NCBI GenBank assembly: GCA_013287815.1
Contig: JABDDC010000006.1
Span: forward strand, 959 to 64,958
DNA length: 64,000 nt
Reading direction: 5' to 3'
Source of the DNA: Chlamydiota bacterium
Lineage (GTDB): Bacteria > Chlamydiota > Chlamydiia > Chlamydiales > Parachlamydiaceae
Part shown: piece after piece, positions 54,733 to 63,799 of the stretch
How the letters are laid out: each line of letters begins with the position of its first letter
Position numbering within the stretch: the stretch's first letter is position 1
Notes under the pieces: generated by a model
What the model saw: only the letters and a program-made list of their open reading frames with translations
Database searches by the model: none
Told to the model about the DNA's origin: nothing
Program-made: the position numbers and the translations under genes

Positions 54733-54779
54733 ACGAATAAAAGTAAATCAAGTATCTTATGTTACGAATAGAAGTAAAT
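54721..54779. repeat. Two tandem 28 bp direct repeats (31 bp period) in the leader of the second dikinase-like gene
   Basis: gtatcttatggtacgaataaaagtaaat (54721-54748) and gtatcttatgttacgaatagaagtaaat (54752-54779) differ at 2 positions. Confidence 0.6.
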
Positions 54780-54792
54780 TGGAAAAAAAATT

Positions 54793-57249
54793 ATGAGTAT
54801 TACAAAAAAATTTGAAAGCCTAAGCATGCACGATAGTGATATAGCAGGTGGAAAAGGAGCCTCTTTGGGTGAAATGACCCAAGCGAAAATCCCTGTGCCC
54901 CCTGGGTTTGTTATACTCTCCTCTGCATTTGATAGATTCCTTGAAGAAACAGAGCTCGATGCAGAAATTGATGGGATCCTGGATTTCGTAGATATCAATA
55001 TGGTTCATACCATCGAAAATGCCTCCAAAAAAATTCAAAATTTGATCATAACCTGTCATATGCCCGATGACATTAGGCAAGAAATAATGGGGCCCTTTAA
55101 AGATTTAGGTGCGAAATATGTAGCCGTACGCTCAAGCGCATCAGCAGAAGACAGTGCCGCAGCAGCCTGGGCGGGACAGCTTAATAGCTATCTTAATGTG
55201 ACGGAAGAATATCTGATTATCAGCGTTCTAAAATGTTGGGCTTCACTCTTTACTCCTCGTGCAATTTTCTACCGAGTTGAAAAGAAGATGCATGACGAAC
55301 ATATTTCTGTTGCAATCGTTGTTCAGAAAATGGTTAATTCCGAAGTCGCAGGCATAGCCTTTTCGGTCCATCCTGTCACTGAAGATTACAATCAAATGAT
55401 CATTGAGGCCGGTTTTGGGCTAGGTGAGGCAGTTGTTTCCGGCCAGATTACTCCTGACAACTACATCATAAAGAAGGAACCCCTCCATATTACAAACATC
55501 CACGTGAAGGTGCAGAGTAGATTACTTTACCGTGTAGAAGACAAGGAGCTTGAGGATCCTAATATTTGGAAAACTCTTTCAGTCGAAGAGGGATCCAGAC
55601 AAGCCCTTTCCAAAGAACAAATTCTCGAGCTAGCCAAAATCATTCTTAGAATTGAAAAACATTACAAATTCCCATGTGATGTAGAATGGGCTTATGAGAA
55701 TCAAAATTTCTATATCGTACAGTCAAGGCCCATCACGACCTTGCAACCAAAGCAACACAAGAGTGCTGATTTAATATCAGTCACCGAAAGCTCCAAAATG
55801 ACCTCTAAGGAACAAAAAAAAATCAGTGAAGGTAAATATCGCTGGAATGTACGCCGCGACAGATATATCCCTTGCATATGGCCGCAAATCACGCATTATA
55901 ATCCAAGATTTTATAAATATACAGAAATTGATATTCCCGTGATTCATGCAACTATTTGGGAAAAGGGATATTGTAAGGTGCTAAGAGAGGAAGAATGCGA
56001 TAAAAAACTTGGGGAAAAGCAACTTAACATCCTCCTTCAACAATCTGCTAACTTAAAAAAAATTAGAGAAAAAGGAATCACTACGTGCACCCTGGCTTTA
56101 GATTTCTGCAAGGAGTTTTCTAAAAAAACTTATGAGAGGATAGACCCTTATATTAAATTTTTAGATGATTTTATTCCATTATATGAAGCAGTCATGTGGG
56201 ATAATATGATTTTCTGGGTTCTTACAAACACACCTCTTGAGAAAAGAATCATGACGCACCTCCAAAAATATAGTGAGGATGAAAGACAAGAAATAATTAA
56301 TACAATGTTTCAACTGACCACGGACTCTTATAGTGAAATTATTGAGGATGAATTTCAAAAACTTTTGAAGGAATTTAAGTCCGGTGAAGAAAAAAAAGAA
56401 CTTAGAGAACATATTAAAAACTTCTCTGATAAGTATTTTTGGTTTCCGTATGAATATGTAGGGCCTGGGATTTGGGATTTTGATACAGTTGTCAAAAAAC
56501 TTGAAACAAGCGAATTAGACCATAAGGAGAAAGATTATGTGTCTATAGTAAATAATCAGAAGGCATGCATCGAAAAATACTCCCTTTCTGATGAGATCGT
56601 GACCTTATTTAAAGTCTTCGAATTGACAGCCCTGATGCAAGACGACAGGAAGGGAACAATGTCTGAAACTTGCTACTACTTAAACGGTATTATTTTGCCG
56701 AAGTTAGCTGAGTTACTCGCTGTTTCAAGAGAAGAAATATTGTATGTCGACCAGGATATCCTCCGGCTTTATAAAAAAGACCCAGGCAAGGCAATCTCCA
56801 TTTTGCGCGAGCGAGTCAATTTTACACTGTTATTTCAAATAGATCAGGAAGTAACAATCGTAGAAGGGGAAAAAGCGCGCCAGATGGTCGAAGAATTAGG
56901 GATAGTCTTGCATGAGACTCATCCTGATTCAAAAAAAATAAATGGTCAAATAGCTAATAAAGGAAAGGTTGTCGGTAGAGCGCGTATTTTGAAAACGTCT
57001 CAGATCGATTCATTTGAAAACGGGTTAATCCTTGTAACCGGGATGACGACACCGGATTTTATGCCGCTCGCAAAAAAGGCGATTGCCTTAATTACAGATG
57101 AAGGAGGAATCACGTGTCATGCCGCTATCATTTCACGCGAACTGAATATCCCCTGCATCATAGGCACCAATATCGCAACCAAAGTTCTTAAAGATGGTGA
57201 GTTGGTAGAGGTAAATGCAGATCAGGGTGTGATTAATATTTTAGAGTAG
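54793..57249 (+). CDS. PEP-synthase-like dikinase-type phosphotransferase (paralog 2)
   Basis: It has the same three-part architecture as 52190-54670, with long identical blocks (GGKGASLGEMTQAKIPVPPGFVIL, YFWFPYEY.GP.IWDFD, MSETCYYLNGIILP, LILVTGMTTPDF). The swivel His is in GGITCHAAIISRELNIPCIIG. Confidence 0.8.
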   Translation: MSITKKFESLSMHDSDIAGGKGASLGEMTQAKIPVPPGFVILSSAFDRFLEETELDAEIDGILDFVDINMVHTIENASKKIQNLIITCHMPDDIRQEIMGPFKDLGAKYVAVRSSASAEDSAAAAWAGQLNSYLNVTEEYLIISVLKCWASLFTPRAIFYRVEKKMHDEHISVAIVVQKMVNSEVAGIAFSVHPVTEDYNQMIIEAGFGLGEAVVSGQITPDNYIIKKEPLHITNIHVKVQSRLLYRVEDKELEDPNIWKTLSVEEGSRQALSKEQILELAKIILRIEKHYKFPCDVEWAYENQNFYIVQSRPITTLQPKQHKSADLISVTESSKMTSKEQKKISEGKYRWNVRRDRYIPCIWPQITHYNPRFYKYTEIDIPVIHATIWEKGYCKVLREEECDKKLGEKQLNILLQQSANLKKIREKGITTCTLALDFCKEFSKKTYERIDPYIKFLDDFIPLYEAVMWDNMIFWVLTNTPLEKRIMTHLQKYSEDERQEIINTMFQLTTDSYSEIIEDEFQKLLKEFKSGEEKKELREHIKNFSDKYFWFPYEYVGPGIWDFDTVVKKLETSELDHKEKDYVSIVNNQKACIEKYSLSDEIVTLFKVFELTALMQDDRKGTMSETCYYLNGIILPKLAELLAVSREEILYVDQDILRLYKKDPGKAISILRERVNFTLLFQIDQEVTIVEGEKARQMVEELGIVLHETHPDSKKINGQIANKGKVVGRARILKTSQIDSFENGLILVTGMTTPDFMPLAKKAIALITDEGGITCHAAIISRELNIPCIIGTNIATKVLKDGELVEVNADQGVINILE

Positions 57250-57262
57250 AGAGGTAGTTGCT

Positions 57263-57889
57263 ATGGCATTTTCATTAATTCCCAGAGAAGAAAAATTTTT
57301 CGACCTTCTGAACGAGCTAGCTACGGACGTCCATGATGGAACGGCTCTTTTTCTTGAAATTTGCAATACCTGGACACCTCAACATCCCGGTATCGCCCGT
57401 ATCAAAGAAATCCAACACGAAAGCAATATGACATCTCATGAAATTTTAAATATGCTCAACAAAACTTTCATAACTCCGATTGACCGGGGAGATATCCATC
57501 TTCTTGCAAAACAACTCAACGATATCATTAACAATACCTATAATACTGCCATCTGGATGGTATCGTATGGGATTCAGAAAAGTACCCAGGAGATGGGCGA
57601 GCTTGCTTCAATTCTCAACGAAACTCTTACCGTTGTTGCTAAAGCAGTTGCTAGCATCCGAAACTTGCAGCGACCTCAGCGCGTACTTGATTACTGTAAC
57701 GAAATAATCCTCCTGAAAAATTCCGGTGACCTTTTAGCACAAAAAGCAATTCTCAACCTTTTTTTACATGAAACGAATGCCATTGAGATCATCAGATGGA
57801 GAGCAATTTACAATCTAGTCGAAAAAGGTATAGATATGTGCGAAGATGTTTCACATACTATCGAAGCAACTGTGGTTAAATATGGATAA
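57263..57889 (+). CDS. DUF47 / PhoU-like phosphate-transport accessory protein
   Basis: 208 aa helical protein of the typical DUF47 size, with a typical N-terminus (REEKFFDLLNELA). It lies directly upstream of a PiT transporter, the usual partner arrangement. Confidence 0.75.
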   Translation: MAFSLIPREEKFFDLLNELATDVHDGTALFLEICNTWTPQHPGIARIKEIQHESNMTSHEILNMLNKTFITPIDRGDIHLLAKQLNDIINNTYNTAIWMVSYGIQKSTQEMGELASILNETLTVVAKAVASIRNLQRPQRVLDYCNEIILLKNSGDLLAQKAILNLFLHETNAIEIIRWRAIYNLVEKGIDMCEDVSHTIEATVVKYG

Positions 57890-58882
57890 TTGATGGACAT
57901 AGCCCTATTGATAGTTTTAATCCTCGTCCTGATTGCGGAATTCACTAATGGGTGGACAGATGCCCCAAACTCAATCGCTACTGTTGTCTCGACACAAGCC
58001 CTTACCCCCATGCAGGCAATTATCATGGCAGGCTTCTTTAATGCTTTAGGAGCAGCCCTTTCCGGTACCGCCGTCGCCTATACGGTCGGTACAGAATTTA
58101 TAAAGCTTGAGTTTATTACTTTGACGACAATAGGCGCTGCCATGTTTAGCCTTATTCTCTGGAGCGCTCTAAATGCTCTTTGGGGAATGCCTGTAAGCAA
58201 AAGCCATGCTCTATTAGCCTCATTAACCGGTGCAGGGTTTGCTACCGGGGGGGTAGAGGCTTTATTATCGAGCGGATGGATCAAGGTAATGATTGGACTT
58301 TCGTTTTCTTCTATTGTTGGATTTCTAGGCGGACTTCTAATAATGACAGCCGTTTATTGGATCTTCCGCAAGACAAGTTTACGTAAGGTAAAAGGTTTAT
58401 TTCGCTTCTTACAGATCTTCTCATCAGCATTTGTCTCTTTCAGTCATGGTTCAAATGATGGTCAAAAAATTATGGGGGTTTTCTCATTAACGTTATTAAT
58501 CGGAGGAATCATCCCTTCTTTCTATGTTCCTCTATGGGTCATCATGTTGTGTGCGTTGATGATCGGGTTGGGGACTTTAATCGGGGGCTGGGAGATATTA
58601 AAGACTGTAGGATTTAAGATCACGCATTTGGACACTTCGCAAGGATTTGCAGCTGAATCGGCGGCGGCGAGTATCATATTTTTAGCCTCACGGTTCGGGA
58701 TTCCATTAAGTACAACCCACACGATTAATTTTGCCATTATGGGAGTAGGATCTACAAAAAACCTTTCAGCAGTACGCTGGGGAGTCACAACTCAAATTTT
58801 CTCTTCCTGGATCATAACCTTTCCATTTACTGCGTGTGTTGCCTATGTGATAACAATAACCCTTCAATGGCTTGGATTATAA
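57890..58882 (+). CDS. pit: Inorganic phosphate transporter, PiT (PHO4) family
   Basis: GWTDAPNSIATVV and SHGSNDGQK signature halves, in a polytopic membrane protein. The ATG at 57893 is the likely start. Confidence 0.85.
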   Translation: MMDIALLIVLILVLIAEFTNGWTDAPNSIATVVSTQALTPMQAIIMAGFFNALGAALSGTAVAYTVGTEFIKLEFITLTTIGAAMFSLILWSALNALWGMPVSKSHALLASLTGAGFATGGVEALLSSGWIKVMIGLSFSSIVGFLGGLLIMTAVYWIFRKTSLRKVKGLFRFLQIFSSAFVSFSHGSNDGQKIMGVFSLTLLIGGIIPSFYVPLWVIMLCALMIGLGTLIGGWEILKTVGFKITHLDTSQGFAAESAAASIIFLASRFGIPLSTTHTINFAIMGVGSTKNLSAVRWGVTTQIFSSWIITFPFTACVAYVITITLQWLGL

Positions 58883-58884
58883 TC

Positions 58885-59634
58885 ATGCACGGCGAAGAGA
58901 TTATTTATCAATGTCATGGGATCCAATTTAAGGGCTATTTGGCCTATGATATGTCCTATGAAGGCAAACGCCCGGCAGTGATTGTAGCGCATGGTTGGAC
59001 GGGTCAGGGTGAATTTACCAGGAAAAAGGCTGAAGCTCTTGCGGAGTTAGGGTATATCGGCTTTGCTATAGATATGTATGGCGATGCTAAAACCGCCGCT
59101 AATCAACAAGAATCCGAAGCTCTTATGTCTCCCCTGTTTATGGATCGAAAGCTATTGCAAGAAAGGATTTTAGCCGCGTATGAGACAGTGTCTAAATTCC
59201 GGTTGACCGATTCAAATAAAATCGGTGCGATAGGATTTTGCTTTGGCGGCCTCGTTGTAGTCGAACTTTATCGATCCGGAGCTCCCGTTTCGGGGGTTGT
59301 AAGTTTTCATGGAGTATTGGTCGACTCCCTATTTGGCTTTCAAGCGAAAAAAGTTCCCTTAGCACCAAAGATTAGCGGTTCTCTGTTAGTCTTGCACGGC
59401 TATAAAGATCCTCTAACCCCGCAAGACGACCTCCTGAAATTTGAAGCAGAAATGAACGAGGCCGGCGTGGATTGGCAGTTGCTCACTTATGGACAAGCTT
59501 GTCACGCATTTACAAATCCGAAAGCAAAGGCTCCCGATTTAGGACGTGCTTACGACCCTCTTACCGATCATAGATCCTGGCAGTCCATGCGTCTTTTTTT
59601 TAAGGAAGTGTTTCACTCTTTATCGGCAGACTGA
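58885..59634 (+). CDS. Dienelactone hydrolase family protein
   Basis: RPAVIVAHGWTG, GAIGFCFGG (Cys nucleophile elbow) and LVLHGYKDP...CHAF. The start is taken at MHGEEIIYQ, 3 nt after the pit stop (the ORF track starts 51 nt upstream, inside pit). Confidence 0.8.
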   Translation: MHGEEIIYQCHGIQFKGYLAYDMSYEGKRPAVIVAHGWTGQGEFTRKKAEALAELGYIGFAIDMYGDAKTAANQQESEALMSPLFMDRKLLQERILAAYETVSKFRLTDSNKIGAIGFCFGGLVVVELYRSGAPVSGVVSFHGVLVDSLFGFQAKKVPLAPKISGSLLVLHGYKDPLTPQDDLLKFEAEMNEAGVDWQLLTYGQACHAFTNPKAKAPDLGRAYDPLTDHRSWQSMRLFFKEVFHSLSAD

Positions 59635-62600
59635 ATTGTAAGCTTTTTATTGAGTTTTTCCAGCGAAAGGTAAAGTACGGGTGTAATAAAAAGTGTGATT
59701 AATTGTGAAAGCATGAGCCCTCCGATGATGACAAGTCCCAAAGGACGCCTGGCTTCGGCTCCAGCCCCGATCCCGATGGCAATAGGGAGTGCACCCGCGA
59801 TAGCCGTTAAAGTAGTCATCATGATGGGACGGAACCGGACAATGCACGCATCATAGATGGATTCTTCGGGAGATGTCCCTTTTTCGCGGATATTTTCTAA
59901 AGCGTAATCTATCAATATTATCCCATTTTTCTTCACGATTCCGATAAGCAGTATAATCCCCAGGAATGAATACAAAGAGAGGCTATACCCCGTCAGTTCC
60001 AGGGTCAATAGACCCCCTAGAATTGCTGGGGGCAGCGTCGTCAAGATAGTGATTGGATGGATATAACTTTCATATAAGATTCCCAGGACAAGATAAATGA
60101 CGAGAATCATCACCAGAAGCAAGATTCCTGCACTCTGCAAAGACTCCTCAAATATCTGAGCTGTTCCAATCACTTCCCCTTTCACACTTTCCGGCAGTAC
60201 TTCCGTATTCATCTTTTGCAATTGTTTAAGAACATCCTCTAAAGAAAAATTGGGGTCAATATTAAACGATATCGTTACGCTGGGAAATTGGTTAATGTGA
60301 TTAACGCTATCGGATCCGAGCCCAACCTTCCACTCTGCAACAGAGCTCAATTGAACAAGCTCGTTTGTTATGTTAGAACGTACCTCAAGGAGATCGAGGG
60401 CGGTTGGATCCTTTTGTAAAGAAGGGAGCACTTCCACGATCACATTATATATGTTCGCCGGTGTGTAAATCCTCGAAATTTTTCCTCCACTGAAGGCGAG
60501 ATCCAGTGTACGTTCTATATTTTCAGCACTGATTCCAACTACGTAGGCCTTATCTCTAAGGACATTGACAAAAAGCTGAGGGGTATCGACCTCCAGATCA
60601 CTGCTTACCCCCTGCAGTTCCGGCATGGCTTTCATGCGCCTTTCAAATTCTTTGGCAGCAGGAAATAAATCCTCCGGGTGCAAGCTTTGCATCTTGTACT
60701 GGTAAGCACCTTTGACTACATTTCCCACAGACAAATCGATCATAGGAATAACTTTATACACCGTACTAAGCCCAACAATCTGTGATGTCTGACGGGATAA
60801 CTCACTTATGACTTGTTTCATAGGCTTCCTTTGACTAAGCGGCTTTAAACTAACAAAGGAACGTCCATTGCGGTATCCCTTATAGGGGGCTACAGAAAGA
60901 AATCTTCCGATATTTGGATCTTTTTCAAAGATATCGGTAACATGCTTTTGATACTCTCTCATTCTATCCGGAGAGGTACCCTGAGCTGCCTGACTATAAA
61001 CAACGAAATATCCAATGTCCTCATCAGGCATGAAATCTTTTTTAAGGACGATAAAAAGGTAAAGGCTGTACAATGTGCAGATTAAAAACAGGGCTATAGA
61101 GACCCAACGGTGCTTTAGAACCCATTTTAAACTTGGTTTGTAATATCCAACCATAAAGTTATTCACCCGATCGCCAAAATGGAGCCGCTTTTTTTCTTCT
61201 TGTTCGCTTCTTGGATGGATAAAGAAGCTGCAAAGCATCGGGGTCAGTGTCAAAGAGATGAATCCGGAGAGAAGGGTAATAATCGTCAGCGTCACGGCAA
61301 ATTCGGAGAGTACCCTTCCAAACAATCCGGACATGAATAAGATAGGAATGAATACGGCAACCAAAGATAAAGTCATTGACAAGATAGTAAACCCTATCCG
61401 CTTAGACCCTTCCAGAGATGCTTTCCAAGGGCTTTCCCCAGCTTCCACACGGCGGACGATATTCTCAATAACAACAATCGCATCGTCAATGATGAATCCC
61501 AATGATAAAATTAGCGCTAACAGAGAAAGGTTATCCAGACTATAGTTAAACATTTTCATGAAGATAAATGTTCCGACCACAGACAACGGAAGCACCAGGG
61601 CCGGAATAAGAGTTTCAACAGGCTTTCCAAGATAGAAAAAAATAATTAATACAACTAAAAAGAAAGCTATGACCAGGTTAAGTTGGACATCCCGTATTGA
61701 ATCGCTAATAGATATGGAACGATCATGAAAGGCATTCAAAGTTAGGGTGGGAGGGAGCTCGGCAATAATCGAAGGAAGATATTTATTAGCATCCTTGGAA
61801 ATCTGAACAACATTTGCACTGGGTTGAGGTCTTATCACTATCGAGACAGACGGAAGCTTTGAATCCTTGGTAAAATAGGTCCAAACCGTTTTATAATCTT
61901 CCTGACTGTCAATAGCTTTTCCGACGTCTCGAATGCGAAGGAAAGCCCCTCGTTGATATTTAATGACTAAATCTTCATAAAATTTTGCTTTCCTCAACTG
62001 TCCCGATGTGTTGACAGTCAGCGCCTTATTAGGCCCTTCTAACCTCCCTGAAGGCAAATAGGGATTGGCTTGAATAACCGTTCTTGAAATGTCATCCAGA
62101 GAAACATTCTGGATCGCCATTAGCCTTGGATCCACCTGCACACGAACGGCCGAAGGGGATCCGTAAAGTTGTACGTCTGCAACACCATTGATCAACGCAA
62201 ACCGTTGGGCGATGATAGTGTTGGCATAGTCGTACATTTCGCCGGAAGGCATCGTGTCAGAAGTCAATGTGTATAGTAATATAGGTTCCTGAGCAGGGTT
62301 AACTTTTCTAAAGCTGGGTGCGCTTGGGAGATCCGCAGGCAAGAAAGGAAGTGCTCTGGTGATAGCTGTTTGAACATCCAAAGCCGCTACATTGATATCT
62401 TTGCTAAGATCGAATTGAAGAATAATATTGGTATCGCCAGGAGTGTTGTTCGAGAGGACTTGAAGCAAGCCTGAAATCGTAAGAAATTCTCTTTCTAATG
62501 GGGTAGCAATGTTATTTGCCATCTCGTCAGCATTGGCCCCGGGGTATGGTACATCCACATTAATAAAGGGATAAGCTACATCCGGCATATTGCTCACCGG

Positions 62601-62696
62601 TAATTGCATGTAGCAGGCTATTCCCGCGATTAGGAAGGCAGCCATCACCAAACTAGTCATTACCGGCTTTCTAATAAATGGGGAAGAAAGATTCAT
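59613..62696 (-). CDS. RND multidrug efflux permease (third paralog)
   Basis: 1027 aa, collinear with the two permeases at 10333-16487 (PFIRKPVMTSL, GIVKKNGIILIDYALEN). ATGA-type overlap with the upstream adaptor gene. Confidence 0.95.
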   Translation of the reverse strand: MNLSSPFIRKPVMTSLVMAAFLIAGIACYMQLPVSNMPDVAYPFINVDVPYPGANADEMANNIATPLEREFLTISGLLQVLSNNTPGDTNIILQFDLSKDINVAALDVQTAITRALPFLPADLPSAPSFRKVNPAQEPILLYTLTSDTMPSGEMYDYANTIIAQRFALINGVADVQLYGSPSAVRVQVDPRLMAIQNVSLDDISRTVIQANPYLPSGRLEGPNKALTVNTSGQLRKAKFYEDLVIKYQRGAFLRIRDVGKAIDSQEDYKTVWTYFTKDSKLPSVSIVIRPQPSANVVQISKDANKYLPSIIAELPPTLTLNAFHDRSISISDSIRDVQLNLVIAFFLVVLIIFFYLGKPVETLIPALVLPLSVVGTFIFMKMFNYSLDNLSLLALILSLGFIIDDAIVVIENIVRRVEAGESPWKASLEGSKRIGFTILSMTLSLVAVFIPILFMSGLFGRVLSEFAVTLTIITLLSGFISLTLTPMLCSFFIHPRSEQEEKKRLHFGDRVNNFMVGYYKPSLKWVLKHRWVSIALFLICTLYSLYLFIVLKKDFMPDEDIGYFVVYSQAAQGTSPDRMREYQKHVTDIFEKDPNIGRFLSVAPYKGYRNGRSFVSLKPLSQRKPMKQVISELSRQTSQIVGLSTVYKVIPMIDLSVGNVVKGAYQYKMQSLHPEDLFPAAKEFERRMKAMPELQGVSSDLEVDTPQLFVNVLRDKAYVVGISAENIERTLDLAFSGGKISRIYTPANIYNVIVEVLPSLQKDPTALDLLEVRSNITNELVQLSSVAEWKVGLGSDSVNHINQFPSVTISFNIDPNFSLEDVLKQLQKMNTEVLPESVKGEVIGTAQIFEESLQSAGILLLVMILVIYLVLGILYESYIHPITILTTLPPAILGGLLTLELTGYSLSLYSFLGIILLIGIVKKNGIILIDYALENIREKGTSPEESIYDACIVRFRPIMMTTLTAIAGALPIAIGIGAGAEARRPLGLVIIGGLMLSQLITLFITPVLYLSLEKLNKKLTIQSADKE

Positions 62697-63799
62697 TTTG
62701 CGCTCCTATTCTCGACAATCTCGACTGTTGTTCCGTTCTTCAGGTTAAATTGACCGTTAGTTACAACAGTGTCTCCGGATTTCAAACCGGAGAAAATGAC
62801 AATTTCCTTGTCGATGATGTTTCCTACTTCTACACGAGTGGACTGAGCAGTCATATCGGGATGGATGACATAAACATAATACCCTTCAGGGCCTAATTCA
62901 ACGGCAGAATCAGGGATCACTATCGCATGGGACTCAGTTCGTAAAATGATGCGTATATCAGCCATCTGACGTTCTATGACGAATACATCCGGATCTTCGA
63001 TAACAGCCTTCATAAAAATCTTATCATTTAGTGGATCGTAAGAGTTGTCGATGTATTTGATGGTTCCCACGTATTTTCTCTCCGGATCGTGGAAGGGGGA
63101 AGCCTCGATTTTTAGTGGCCAGTTATCTTTTACTTCCAGCATCTTCAGATATTTTCTTTCCGGTAATGAAAAATCGACGTTGAGCTCCTTTACAGGGAGA
63201 GAACTTGGACTCATTTGTGTAATACTATTGCCGCCTGGAAAAACAAGAGATCCGGGCCATGAGTCAAAAGTAGCCATTCTTCCTCTGATTGGAGCGGTGA
63301 CTATGGTATAACTCAAGTTGACTTTTGCAGCATCCACAGAGGCTAAATCGATGTCAACTTGTGCTTCAGCAATCTTGACGGCTGCCTGATATTCTTCAAA
63401 GATGAGTTTTGAGATATAATTTTTTGTTGCCAGATCCTTGTTTCTTTCTACTGTGATTTTTGCCAACTCAAGAGTCGCCTCATCCTTCCTCAGTGTTGCC
63501 ATAGCTTGTTGCAGTGCAGCTTGAAAGGGGCGATCATCCAACTGAAAAAGAGGATCCCCTTTATTTACGATCGCTCCTTCATATAAGAAGTGCTTGGTGA
63601 TGATTCCTGTTACTTGCGCACTGACGCTTAAGCTTCCTGATGCTGCTGAAAAGATTCCTTTGGCAGTTAACATGATGGGAACATCCCTCTCTTCCGCGAC
63701 AGTTACTTCAACCCTCGATACGTGGTGTTGCGCTTTTTTTTGATCATGCGCGGAGCATCCGGTCATTAATAAGCATACAATAAGGATAAACCTATTCAT
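62693..63799 (-). CDS. RND periplasmic adaptor (MFP), proximal copy
   Basis: Lipobox LMTGCS. Coiled-coil hairpin (DDRPFQAALQQAMATLRKDEATLELAK). APIRGRMA. C-terminal VTNGQFNLKNGTTVEIV. Confidence 0.9.
   Translation of the reverse strand: MNRFILIVCLLMTGCSAHDQKKAQHHVSRVEVTVAEERDVPIMLTAKGIFSAASGSLSVSAQVTGIITKHFLYEGAIVNKGDPLFQLDDRPFQAALQQAMATLRKDEATLELAKITVERNKDLATKNYISKLIFEEYQAAVKIAEAQVDIDLASVDAAKVNLSYTIVTAPIRGRMATFDSWPGSLVFPGGNSITQMSPSSLPVKELNVDFSLPERKYLKMLEVKDNWPLKIEASPFHDPERKYVGTIKYIDNSYDPLNDKIFMKAVIEDPDVFVIERQMADIRIILRTESHAIVIPDSAVELGPEGYYVYVIHPDMTAQSTRVEVGNIIDKEIVIFSGLKSGDTVVTNGQFNLKNGTTVEIVENRSAK

Noticed and set aside
54721-54779. Possible CRISPR-like array
   Set aside because: There are only two repeat copies separated by 3 nt, with no spacers of 25-40 nt and no cas genes. 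It is better explained as a duplicated leader or operator motif.
59613-59634. 22 bp overlap of the convergent dienelactone hydrolase and RND permease 3' ends as a sign of frameshift or pseudogenisation
   Set aside because: Both proteins are full length relative to their families, and their C-terminal tails are variable. Convergent 3' overlaps of this size occur naturally.
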